This document shows positions 9,822-18,439 of a DNA stretch of 64,000 nt, piece by piece. A program made the translations under genes and the position numbers. A model generated the notes under the pieces. The model was given only the letters and a program-made list of their open reading frames with translations, did not search any database and was not told the origin of the DNA. The number at the start of each line of letters is the position of its first letter. The first letter of the stretch is position 1. This DNA comes from Candidatus Kerfeldbacteria bacterium (GTDB lineage: Bacteria > Patescibacteriota > Patescibacteriia > UBA10025 > JAHIVO01). The DNA lies in the NCBI GenBank assembly GCA_016214565.1, contig JACROE010000002.1, forward strand, positions 119,654-183,653, in the 5' to 3' direction.

Positions 9822-9885
9822 GACGCGAAACGAAAACTGCTTTTTGAATTTCGAACTATACACCATATATTGTGGAGGAGGTATC

Positions 9886-10290
9886 ATGACCACGCATACC
9901 AAACTGGGATTGACGGCTCAAGATAAGCCATCAATCTCACTGCAAGACCTGACCAGCGACCAGCGAATCATCGCGGTCACCGGCTGCGACAGTGAAGCGT
10001 GCCTGGTGCACTGCATCGATCGTGCCGACACGCCCGATCAGTACCACTACCGCCAGATTCCCTGCGGCCAGCTCCCGCTGGCACTGGCCGGCGACAAAGC
10101 GAACTGGGCAGGACATATCGGCTGGGATGCTATCCCAAGTCATATGTTCATTATCTCAGCGTCTGATGTGGGTGACATGTTCAATCAGGCGACCAATACC
10201 ATCGTCCTCGGTAAACCGCTGATCGTATTTCCGATGGCCGGCGACCCGGTGACCTTTCCCACGGTCTGCAAACTGGTTCTCCTGTCCTAA
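9886..10290 (+). CDS. hypothetical protein (134 aa)
   Basis: SD GGAGGAGG before ATG 9886 (the ORF-track start 9793 overlaps the promoter); terminator hairpin at 10323-10359. Confidence 0.5.
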   Translation: MTTHTKLGLTAQDKPSISLQDLTSDQRIIAVTGCDSEACLVHCIDRADTPDQYHYRQIPCGQLPLALAGDKANWAGHIGWDAIPSHMFIISASDVGDMFNQATNTIVLGKPLIVFPMAGDPVTFPTVCKLVLLS

Positions 10291-10356
10291 TCGCCTCACT
10301 TCGCGTGATGCACATCAGCTTCCCCCGGTGTTCTCATCAGAACATCGGGGTGATTT

Positions 10357-10376
10357 TTATTGACGCGCGTCAATAA
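10357..10376. promoter_or_regulatory. perfect 20-bp palindrome TTATTGACGCGCGTCAATAA (candidate operator, or divergent -35 elements)
   Basis: Exact reverse-complement symmetry, immediately after the terminator T-run. Confidence 0.4.
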
Positions 10377-10660
10377 TACGCGTATCCTTTTGATACTTGT
10401 TCTTTCCCACCCGTGCCTACGCCGCACACCCCATCGGACCCCCAGGCGGTTGTCCAGGCGCACCAGCACGCTCACGTGCCGGATACTTGTACTCGAGACC
10501 TCGGGTACAACACTATTGGCGGGGATTCGTTAGGATTTCCTATTGCGACCTGTCTTTTCTTCGGAGAAGGCAGGTCAATTTTTATCTATGAGATCCTGAA
10601 CCAAGTTCAGGATGAGGGGTGTTGTTATTGTCCTCATGCTGAATTTATTTCAGCATCTCC

Positions 10661-10748
10661 TGTCATCGCGAGCCTCGAGTAACTACGAGAGGCGTGGCGA
10701 TCCGCCGGATTGCCGCGTCACTCACTCCGTTCGCTCCTCGCAATGACA
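10661..10748 (-). repeat. dispersed palindromic repeat, copy A (inverted relative to copies B and C)
   Basis: Reverse complement is TGTCATTGCGAGGAGCGAACGGAGTGAGTGACG...GATCGCCACGCCTCTCGTAGTTACTCGAGGCTCGCGATGACA; 3'-terminal ~42 nt nearly identical to copy C. Confidence 0.7.
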
Positions 10749-10750
10749 GA

Positions 10751-11230
10751 CTAGAGTCCCAAGACTTTACTCAGTATCGGATACGAAAAATACGCCAACA
10801 CCTTGAACTCGGGGTCAGCTAATTCAATCATCTCCATGTCCGACTTCTCAATCAGTTTGAATCCCGACTGGCCTAAATACTTCTCCTTAAACGCTGGGTA
10901 ATCACGTATAGTAAAATCTGCATCCCCACGCTCTTTTCGTGCCGGGTCTGGTTTGCGTACCTTCACTATTCGCAGCGGCCCAGCCACCGTCTCAATCGCC
11001 TGCTCCAATAGATATACATGACCCATCTTGGTTCCTTTAACCACTCTGCCCATCCCCGCAGCTACTTTGTCCATTTCCTGATATTCCACCTCCGACTGCG
11101 CAAAAATACACGCGTAATTCACTGGCACGCCATTCTCTGCCGTGTGCTTATCTTTTAGCGCTACGGCATCCTTAACAATAGAAAAAATTGTGCTAATGAA
11201 AGACACGCTACTCTGTTTTATCATTATCAC
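10751..11230 (-). CDS. hypothetical protein (159 aa)
   Basis: ORF; its start overlaps the stop of the upstream gene; normal GC content. Confidence 0.45.
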   Translation of the reverse strand: MIMIKQSSVSFISTIFSIVKDAVALKDKHTAENGVPVNYACIFAQSEVEYQEMDKVAAGMGRVVKGTKMGHVYLLEQAIETVAGPLRIVKVRKPDPARKERGDADFTIRDYPAFKEKYLGQSGFKLIEKSDMEMIELADPEFKVLAYFSYPILSKVLGL

Positions 11231-11903
11231 TCTTAAGGTTACTTATAAATCTCCTGGTATTTGACTCTAAATCGTTGTCATTATTTCTAAATGTCATTTG
11301 ATGCACACCACAATTTGAACAGGCTCCAGTCAATGGCGAGATATACCCCTTCCCACAACTGGTACAAAATTCATAGTCACCCATAAGCACCCCAGCATTC
11401 GACATACGGTTATTTGCACTAAACGTTGTCCCGAGTCCGCTGACCGTAGGACTTATTGTAGCGGCACTATACATGCTATGCACTAATTCATTCCTCAATT
11501 TCTTAACCTCCTCCAGAGATCTCGCAAGCTCATCTTCCTTCCTTGCCTTTTTCTTACCCTTTTTTGTCAATTCTTTCTCCCGTTCTTCGAGCTTATGGAT
11601 TAAATCATTTACTCGATCAAAGGCTGAATAAACTTCCTGAAAATATTTATCACTTTTTTGTTTAGTTTCACCATATAGTTTGCTGTATTCAGCTTTCGCT
11701 TTTTTAATTTCTTCAGCGGCCAGTAGATATTGTCTCTCGGCTTCCTTCTTTATCTCGCGTAACTCTTTCAATTCATCTACTGCTTCCTTGCGCAACTTAA
11801 AAGTAATAAAGCCAATAAACGCTAGCACCACGGCTAATAAAATACCATAAATTGTAGCCACAGCACTTATCCAGCTAATTAAATTCCCTACTAAATCTTC
11901 CAT
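11208..11903 (-). CDS. membrane-anchored coiled-coil protein with C-terminal zinc ribbon
   Basis: N-terminal TM segment (ISAVATIYGILLAVVLAFIGFITF), a long K/E-rich coiled coil, and C-terminal CTSCG...CSNCG; AT-rich codon usage. Confidence 0.5.
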   Translation of the reverse strand: MEDLVGNLISWISAVATIYGILLAVVLAFIGFITFKLRKEAVDELKELREIKKEAERQYLLAAEEIKKAKAEYSKLYGETKQKSDKYFQEVYSAFDRVNDLIHKLEEREKELTKKGKKKARKEDELARSLEEVKKLRNELVHSMYSAATISPTVSGLGTTFSANNRMSNAGVLMGDYEFCTSCGKGYISPLTGACSNCGVHQMTFRNNDNDLESNTRRFISNLKSDNDKTE

Positions 11904-12018
11904 ATTATTAACATTAGCAATTATCTAATATTTTCAGTATACCAAAAATTCCCCACTCCCGCCTCTTGAAGATAGTTTGAGGCATATTTATTAAACTTAT
12001 AGAGATCGCTGAAAATTA

Positions 12019-12540
12019 CTAAGCTTCTCTCCACTCAATGCTGGGATCGTTAAAACTCCCGTCCCAATTGACTGATACCATAAATTTTTTTTGGTGCCCT
12101 TGCTTTACATTAAAGTGTATTTCTAACTGAGTCACACCTGGGCTCACTTTTGTCGACTCATCATTGGATCTAAAAACGGCATTGCTTAAACGAAGTTGGT
12201 AGCCATTTGCAATCTGGAAAAGATTGCCTATATCTAACCATCGCGCTTGGTGCATTGGAATATCATTCAACCTTTGATCGCCCTGCCGAAATTGATTATC
12301 CATCCACCAAAGCGGAGATATAATTACTGTTCTTAATTTATCGCCCGGATCAATAATCTTTACCAAATCTGCTTCAATATCATTCGCGTTATTACTCCCT
12401 TCATTTTTTACTTCCACTCTAAGAACTTTTAATTCTCCATTGCCTTGAACATCAACTGATTTGTTGATTATTTTGATATCAGGCTTAAAAATATTTTTCT
12501 TAGCTGAATCCCCAAAAATATTTCCTAGTATACTCCACAT
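12019..12540 (-). CDS. hypothetical protein (173 aa), AT-rich
   Basis: ORF 56 bp downstream of dnaK; no signal peptide and no recognised family. Confidence 0.45.
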   Translation of the reverse strand: MWSILGNIFGDSAKKNIFKPDIKIINKSVDVQGNGELKVLRVEVKNEGSNNANDIEADLVKIIDPGDKLRTVIISPLWWMDNQFRQGDQRLNDIPMHQARWLDIGNLFQIANGYQLRLSNAVFRSNDESTKVSPGVTQLEIHFNVKQGHQKKFMVSVNWDGSFNDPSIEWREA

Positions 12541-12596
12541 ATTTTTCCTATATCAACCAAGAAGCGGGTCCTGAATAGAACCCGCTCTTGTTTTAA

Positions 12597-14525
12597 TTAC
12601 TTTTTAACATCCTCGTACTCGGCGTCGACTGGTCCTTTGTCATTCTTCGGACCGTCTTTCGGCGCTTCGCCTTGTGGATTGGCTCCTGGCTGCCCCTGGG
12701 CGCCCGGTTGTCCCTGTGGCGGCTTCTTATCAGCGTACATGGCTTGGCCAATCTTTTGTACGGTCTGATTCAGATCTTCCACGGCTTTCTTGATGGCCGC
12801 GTCATCATCTTTGTCCTTCACGTCTTTGACCGCTTTGATCTTTTCTTCCACTTCTTTCTTCACGTCGTCTTTGATCTTATCGCCTGCGTCTTTGATAGCT
12901 TTCTCCGCGGTGTAGATAAGGGTCTCGGCCATATTGCGCGTGTCGATGAGGTCTTTCTTCTTCTTATCCTCTGCCGCGTGGGCCTGGGCATCCTGTTTCA
13001 TTTTCTCCACGTCTTCCTTGGAGAGCCCCGATGACGCAGTGATAGTAATGGATTGCTCCTGGCCGGAGGCCTTGTCTTTTGCTTTCACATTCAGGATACC
13101 ATTGGCATCAATGTCGAATGACACTTCCACCTGCGGGACGCCGCGCGGTGATGGCGGAATGCCGGAGAGGATGAAGCGACCCAGTGTTTTATTGTCCGAG
13201 GCCATGGGGCGTTCGCCCTGGAGCACGTGGACTTCCACGGACGTTTGATTGTCAGCGGCTGTGGAGAATACTTGTGATTTGGTTGTCGGGATGGTGGTAT
13301 TGCGTTCGATCAATGGAGTGGAGACACCGCCGAGGGTTTCAATGCCGAGCGTCAACGGAGTGACGTCGAGTAACAATACATCTTTCACATCGCCCTGGAG
13401 GACACCGGCCTGCACCGCAGCACCAACGGCGACCACTTCGTCAGGATTCACACCGATGTGGGGTTTCTTGCCAAAGAATTGCTCCACAGTCTCGAGTACT
13501 TTCGGCATACGGGTCATACCACCAACCATGATCACCTCTTGGATATCTTTGGTTTCTACTTTCGCATCCGCTAATGCTTTCTTGACTGGTTCAATGGTTT
13601 TCTCGATCAAGTCTGCAACGAGTGACTCAAGTTTTGCGCGAGTCAGTTTGAGATTCATGTGTTTCGGGCCACTGGCGTCAGTGGTGATGAAGGGCAGATT
13701 GATTTCCGTTTCATTGGTCGTGGACAATTCAATCTTCGCCTTTTCCGCAGCTTCCTTGAGGCGCTGGAGTGCCATCTGGTCATTACCCAGGTTGATACCT
13801 TGGTCTTTATTGAATTCATCAACCAACCAGTCGATAATGCGCTTGTCAAAATCGTCACCACCCAGGTGGGTGTCGCCATTGGTTGATTTCACTTCCACGG
13901 TGTCCTCTGAGATGTCCAGGATGGAAATATCAAACGTACCACCGCCCAGATCGTAGACTGCTACTTGCTGGTTCTTTTTCTTATCAAATCCGTAAGCGAG
14001 CGCAGCGGCAGTTGGTTCATTGATGATACGGCGCACTTTCAGTCCAGCGATTTCACCCGCGTCCTTGGTGGCTTGGCGCTGTGAGTCATCGAAATAGGCA
14101 GGCACGGTAATCACCGCTTCTTCGATTTTCTCGCCCAGTTTCGCTTCAGCGTCAGCTTTCATTTTCTGGAGAATCATGGCCGAGGCTTCCTGCGGAGTGT
14201 AGAGCTTGTCCACCATTTTCACTTTGACGCCCTCGCCTGCCTGCTCGATGATGTAGGGCATGGTTTTCACGTCATGCTGCACTTCGTCATCGTTCCAGTG
14301 ACGGCCAATCAGGCGCTTCACCGAGAAGACGGTATTCTGGTGATTGGTGACGGCTTGGCGCTTGGCCACTTGGCCGACCAGGCGTTCGCCAGTCTTGGAA
14401 ATAGCCACCACTGATGGCGTGGTGCGATTGCCTTCTTTATTTTCGAGGACCTTCGGCTCACCGCCTTCGATGATGGCCATGCAGGAGTTGGTGGTGCCGA
14501 GATCGATTCCGAGTATTTTTGACAT
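12597..14525 (-). CDS. dnaK: molecular chaperone DnaK (Hsp70)
   Basis: [16 protein letters not shown] and [11 protein letters not shown]-type motifs; 642 aa. Confidence 0.97.
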   Translation of the reverse strand: MSKILGIDLGTTNSCMAIIEGGEPKVLENKEGNRTTPSVVAISKTGERLVGQVAKRQAVTNHQNTVFSVKRLIGRHWNDDEVQHDVKTMPYIIEQAGEGVKVKMVDKLYTPQEASAMILQKMKADAEAKLGEKIEEAVITVPAYFDDSQRQATKDAGEIAGLKVRRIINEPTAAALAYGFDKKKNQQVAVYDLGGGTFDISILDISEDTVEVKSTNGDTHLGGDDFDKRIIDWLVDEFNKDQGINLGNDQMALQRLKEAAEKAKIELSTTNETEINLPFITTDASGPKHMNLKLTRAKLESLVADLIEKTIEPVKKALADAKVETKDIQEVIMVGGMTRMPKVLETVEQFFGKKPHIGVNPDEVVAVGAAVQAGVLQGDVKDVLLLDVTPLTLGIETLGGVSTPLIERNTTIPTTKSQVFSTAADNQTSVEVHVLQGERPMASDNKTLGRFILSGIPPSPRGVPQVEVSFDIDANGILNVKAKDKASGQEQSITITASSGLSKEDVEKMKQDAQAHAAEDKKKKDLIDTRNMAETLIYTAEKAIKDAGDKIKDDVKKEVEEKIKAVKDVKDKDDDAAIKKAVEDLNQTVQKIGQAMYADKKPPQGQPGAQGQPGANPQGEAPKDGPKNDKGPVDAEYEDVKK

Positions 14526-14571
14526 AGTTGTTTGGTTAATTGCTTTCTAAAAATTGTTAGTTATTTTTGTT

Positions 14572-14654
14572 AGTCATTGCGAGGAACGAACGTAGTGAGT
14601 GACGAAGCAATCTCTTCAGATCGCCACACCCCGCAGACGGGGCTCGCGATGACA
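14572..14654 (+). repeat. dispersed palindromic repeat, copy B
   Basis: AGTCATTGCGAGGAACGAACGTAGTGAGTGACGAAGCAATC...GATCGCCAC...GGCTCGCGATGACA, immediately upstream of dnaK. Confidence 0.7.
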
Positions 14655-14662
14655 GGCTATTT

Positions 14663-15031
14663 TTACTTAATAAAATTATCCATCGGGCCTTCAAGTAATT
14701 GATGTAGTGCCAACACATCCTCGCTCTTCACCGGACGATTTCCCTGGAACCGCAGTACTTCATTCTGCTTCAGATCGGTCAGGGCACTGGCGACTTTCAG
14801 TCCAAATGACCCCAGCGCGATCAAGGACATCGCGCCGCTCTGGCACACTGCGCATTTGATATACATCAGCGTAGCGCCGTCCAGCTCTTGGAGCACCTCG
14901 ATGCGATTGAAATCATACATCGTCTGACAGACGGGGCAGCGTGCGTCGATGCGGATGCGTTCCGATCGCCCATTGCCCGGCGTGCCGGCACCAGAGAAGT
15001 GATTGTTTGAAAAATGATTATTAATTGCCAT
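14663..15031 (-). CDS. small zinc-ribbon protein (CPVC...CAVC)
   Basis: 122 aa with two CxxC pairs about 24 aa apart; directly upstream of copy B and dnaK. Confidence 0.45.
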   Translation of the reverse strand: MAINNHFSNNHFSGAGTPGNGRSERIRIDARCPVCQTMYDFNRIEVLQELDGATLMYIKCAVCQSGAMSLIALGSFGLKVASALTDLKQNEVLRFQGNRPVKSEDVLALHQLLEGPMDNFIK

Positions 15032-15115
15032 GTACTTGTCAAAACGTATTATTTACTCTAGAGTGATGAACATTGAACATTCGTTTGGGTTTTTTGTACA
15101 TTCCAGAGGAGGACC

Positions 15116-15410
15116 TATGTGCACCATATCCATGGTTACCGATGAATTCTGGCGGACTCAAGTGAAGGGCGTGGAAGTCTTGATCTCCCGTGTGTTTACG
15201 GAGGGGGAGGCGAAAATTATCGCCGAATACCTTGCCGCTGACGGTGAGAAGATGCATTGCGGCAAACCAGTCGCTGAGCGAATCTCGATACCACGTATCG
15301 TATCGTCTGCGCAGCCTGTCTGCGTTTTCATCAATTTCCCCGCGACCAGCGAGCATGGTCGCCAGATCCAGATCCGGAAGAATTCAGCAGAAGCTGAATA
15401 CGTCGTCTGA
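15116..15410 (+). CDS. hypothetical protein (98 aa)
   Basis: SD GAGGAGG before ATG 15116; stem-loop plus ATTTATTTT at about 15438-15478. Confidence 0.4.
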
Positions 15411-15592
15411 CTCCAGTCGACCCCGACCGTTGTCCCCGAGAGCCCTAAGGTTTACCCTTTGCGGCTCTCATTTATTTTCCATGAAATGTTCAATGGGTTT
15501 CCCCGGTCCGGATATGAAGTGTGCGCTTCCCTATCCGCACCGCGGTGTACCAGCCCCGCACTCAGCGAAAACTGATACTGCCGCTCAAAATA

Positions 15593-16015
15593 CTATTTGA
15601 CGTTAACTTTGATTGATTTCGGTTTGACTTCTTCTGCTTTCGGGATGACAATTTTCAGCATGCCATTCTCGAAGTCGGCCTTGGCATCGCCGCCTTTGAC
15701 ATGGGTCGGCAGTGCCACCGCGCGATAGAAACTACCGGCGCGCACTTCTTTGCGATAATAATTTTTGTCATCCACTTCGCTCTTGTGCTCCATAGAGCCC
15801 TCAATCTTCAAGACGTCATTTTCAATAGTGATTTCGACGTTCTTGGGATCGACGCCGGCTAACGGTGTTTCCACGATGACATTATCTTTGTCCTGGTAGA
15901 TGTCCACTGCTGGAGTGAACGAGTGAATATTTGATGCGACCATTGGCATGTCGTTGAAAAATTTATCGAATTCAGACATGTCCATGAATGGACGCCATTG
16001 CATTAAACCTCTCAT
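15593..16015 (-). CDS. Hsp20/α-crystallin family small heat-shock protein
   Basis: α-crystallin domain with a C-terminal GMLKIVIPKAEE-type strand. Confidence 0.85.
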   Translation of the reverse strand: MRGLMQWRPFMDMSEFDKFFNDMPMVASNIHSFTPAVDIYQDKDNVIVETPLAGVDPKNVEITIENDVLKIEGSMEHKSEVDDKNYYRKEVRAGSFYRAVALPTHVKGGDAKADFENGMLKIVIPKAEEVKPKSIKVNVK

Positions 16016-16067
16016 AATGTTGTCCTTTCATGCCCGTGTTGGGCTTAATGATTAGTGATTCAATAGT

Positions 16068-16157
16068 TGTCATTGCGAGGAAGAGCAGTATGCGATGACG
16101 AAGCAATCCCTAGGAGATCGCCACGCCTCTCATAGTTACTCGAGGCTCGCGATGACA
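16068..16157 (+). repeat. dispersed palindromic repeat, copy C
   Basis: TGTCATTGCGAGGAAGAGCAGTATGCGATGACGAAGCAATCC...GATCGCCACGCCTCTCATAGTTACTCGAGGCTCGCGATGACA. Confidence 0.7.
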
Positions 16158-16173
16158 ATAGTATTGTTAATGT

Positions 16174-16222
16174 TGTCATTCTGAAGGAGCGCACGCGACT
16201 GAAGAATCTCTATGACGTCAGC
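16174..16222 (+). repeat. degenerate partial copy of the same repeat
   Basis: TGTCATTCTGAAGGAGCG...GAAGAATCTCTATGACG resembles the element termini. Confidence 0.35.
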
Positions 16223-16260
16223 TATACGGAACCGAGATGCTTCGGCAGGCTCAGCATCGC

Positions 16261-16776
16261 CTAGGCGGCGACTTTTACCTTCGCCGGTTCCAATACTTTC
16301 CCGTACAAGGTATAGCCTGACTTCACTTCTTCAAAAACGACATCAGCTTTGAAACCGTCTTTCTTTTCCTTGGCCACTGCTTCGTGCATCTCAGGGTTAA
16401 ATACTTCACCGACGGTTTTGATTTCTTCAATGCCCAACTCTTTCAGAAAATCCGTGAATTGCTTTTTAATATGTGCAAGGCCGGTGATCCAATCTGACTT
16501 TTCATATTCAGTCGGGATATGGTTCCAGGCCAGTTTGAAATTATCGAAAATCGGCAATATCTGGAGTATCAGGCCGGCGTTGGCGTATTGAACCATCTCT
16601 TGTTCTTTCTTTTCCGATTCGCGCTTGAGATTGAGATAATCTGCTTTCGCCCGTTTCCAGCCGTTCATGTATTCTTCCATTTTTTCATGCGCGAGTTTGA
16701 GCTCGGCAGAAATCTTTTCCAAATCATGATGGATCGGTGTTGGCTGCTGCTCTTCTGTTTTTTTATGATCGTGCAT
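16261..16776 (-). CDS. grpE: nucleotide exchange factor GrpE
   Basis: GrpE coiled-coil plus β-domain, with conserved DNF, HEAV and YTL.G.VLRPA motifs. Confidence 0.85.
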   Translation of the reverse strand: MHDHKKTEEQQPTPIHHDLEKISAELKLAHEKMEEYMNGWKRAKADYLNLKRESEKKEQEMVQYANAGLILQILPIFDNFKLAWNHIPTEYEKSDWITGLAHIKKQFTDFLKELGIEEIKTVGEVFNPEMHEAVAKEKKDGFKADVVFEEVKSGYTLYGKVLEPAKVKVAA

Positions 16777-16782
16777 AGTATG

Positions 16783-17490
16783 TTACGCGGTTGAAAATAA
16801 TTTCTTTGTATAATTAACCAGGGCAAAGGCGTCTTCATAATCCATCCGCATCGGTCCGAGTACGCCGATCAAGCCGGGCTCGGTGCCTTTCAGCTGATAC
16901 GGACTAAATATCGTACTGCATTCTTTGCCAAATGGATTTTCTGATCCCACGAGAATGCGCGGGGTGTCAGTCACTTTCACGAAGAGCTCCGCAATCACGT
17001 CATCCAAATGATCCACAATCGCTGACAAATGCCGCACCATATCAATGTCCGCAAATTCCGGGTGGCTGAATAAATTTGATAAACCAGTATAGTAGACGTT
17101 GTCGCGAGAAAAGCCGACAAAAACCGCGTTCTGTGATATTTCGGCAAGCGTGCGTGCGACATTCTTAACGCAAACCTGTGTATTTGCTTGGTTTTGTTTG
17201 TTAAGCGCCTTCTCCAGCAGCGTCATCTGTGGCGCAGCAGGCTGCTTTTCTACGAGGAAATTCTCAATGTAGTACTGCCAGCCCTTTTCCGTGGGGATGC
17301 GGCCAGCAGAGGTGTGAGGCTGAAAAATCAGGCCTTCTGACTCTAGGTCAGCCATTTCATTCCGAACGGTAGCCGATGATAATTCGAGTTGATACTTATC
17401 CACAAGAGCCTGAGAAGCAACGGGTTTTCCATTTCCATGGACGTGCTCCTTGATAATTGCGCTAAGTATAGCTCTTTTTCGTTCCTTCAT
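16783..17490 (-). CDS. hrcA: heat-inducible transcription repressor HrcA (short form)
   Basis: N-terminal winged helix (ERKRAILSAIIKEHV...) and a CIRCE element immediately upstream. Confidence 0.8.
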   Translation of the reverse strand: MKERKRAILSAIIKEHVHGNGKPVASQALVDKYQLELSSATVRNEMADLESEGLIFQPHTSAGRIPTEKGWQYYIENFLVEKQPAAPQMTLLEKALNKQNQANTQVCVKNVARTLAEISQNAVFVGFSRDNVYYTGLSNLFSHPEFADIDMVRHLSAIVDHLDDVIAELFVKVTDTPRILVGSENPFGKECSTIFSPYQLKGTEPGLIGVLGPMRMDYEDAFALVNYTKKLFSTA

Positions 17491-17505
17491 ATGCTACGCA
17501 GAGGT

Positions 17506-17544
17506 ATTATAAATCATTTAGCACTCTCACGTCAAGAGTGCTAA
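17506..17544 (-). promoter_or_regulatory. CIRCE operator TTAGCACTC-N9-GAGTGCTAA (17518-17544) overlapping a TTGACG-17-TTATAAT promoter
   Basis: Perfect 9-9 inverted repeat with a 9-nt spacer, 28 bp upstream of the hrcA ATG; the -35 lies inside the spacer. Confidence 0.8.
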
Positions 17545-17567
17545 AGTCGTTCTTTATTACTTCTAGA

Positions 17568-18431
17568 CTAAAGAAAACGGAATGTCTCAATAATTTTATC
17601 CATTCCCTGAAGCAATGCTGACTCTTCCTCAGTAAGGTTATTTCTGTTTATCAACCTTCGCAATTCAGAATCGGTTACACTATCCCAAGCTTGGGTGTCA
17701 TTACTCGTGCAGTCCCATCCCCCATCGGTAAATAATATTGAACTGATAATAAGTCCTTTATAAATCGAATGATCAATGTTCAGCCAACTCTCTCTGATAA
17801 ACATGGGTGAACACTCAGGAGCATCAAAACGTAGTCTATCAAAGGTATTCTGACCTGCCACAGTCTTATTGACGCAGTACGAATAATCCTCAATAACACC
17901 GGGAGTCGAACATTCTTGAGCTAAATTCGCCCCACCATTATATGAGGTAAGTGCAACAAAATCTCGATAATCACTTGAGGATAATCGTATGTTTGGTTTT
18001 GTTGAGTTCTCAAATGTAATATTAACCCCCTGCCCCTCATAATAACTCCGTTCGTCATTTCTATAATCATTATTTGTCACCTTAACGACACCCCAGTTAT
18101 TCGGATATTGAAAACTAATCCCATACTCCTCATTCTCATACGTCAGCCAATCCGACGTATCTACTGTGGTAATATCGGCATTCGTATTGATATTCGAATT
18201 TGCGTTGAGATTTAGATTGACGTTCACATTCTCTATGAATGTCTTGCCATTGATGGTGCACTGCCCAGGATAAATAGCTAAAACCTGACCGACAGCTTTC
18301 GCGCATTCCTCAAAACTATCAACGGAATCGTATTGATGCTGATTAAAATACCATGCAGTGCTAACCATCAAAACCGCCACCAGGGAAATGGCGATAACGA
18401 CGACGATGGCGATAAAACCGCGATTGAGCAT
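17568..18431 (-). CDS. secreted or anchored protein with conserved RGF N-terminus (287 aa)
   Basis: N-terminus MLNRGFIAIVVVIAISLVAVLMV; N-rich linker; Cys-containing C-terminal domain. Confidence 0.55.
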   Translation of the reverse strand: MLNRGFIAIVVVIAISLVAVLMVSTAWYFNQHQYDSVDSFEECAKAVGQVLAIYPGQCTINGKTFIENVNVNLNLNANSNINTNADITTVDTSDWLTYENEEYGISFQYPNNWGVVKVTNNDYRNDERSYYEGQGVNITFENSTKPNIRLSSSDYRDFVALTSYNGGANLAQECSTPGVIEDYSYCVNKTVAGQNTFDRLRFDAPECSPMFIRESWLNIDHSIYKGLIISSILFTDGGWDCTSNDTQAWDSVTDSELRRLINRNNLTEEESALLQGMDKIIETFRFL

Positions 18432-18439
18432 TGTAAGCC

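Noticed and set aside
10397-10682. ORFs of 64 and 89 aa in the hairpin and palindromic-repeat region
   Set aside because: They run through four inverted repeats and into repeat copy A. Their C-terminus (...SPVIASLE) is the typical spurious translation of this repeat family.
12672-14550. Antisense ORFs inside dnaK (12672..13034, 12934..13248, 13249..13956 at 235 aa, 13659..13886, 14344..14550)
   Set aside because: They lie entirely within the unambiguous dnaK gene on the opposite strand. Their composition is Ser/Thr/Phe-rich and low-complexity, typical of antisense frames of a chaperone gene.
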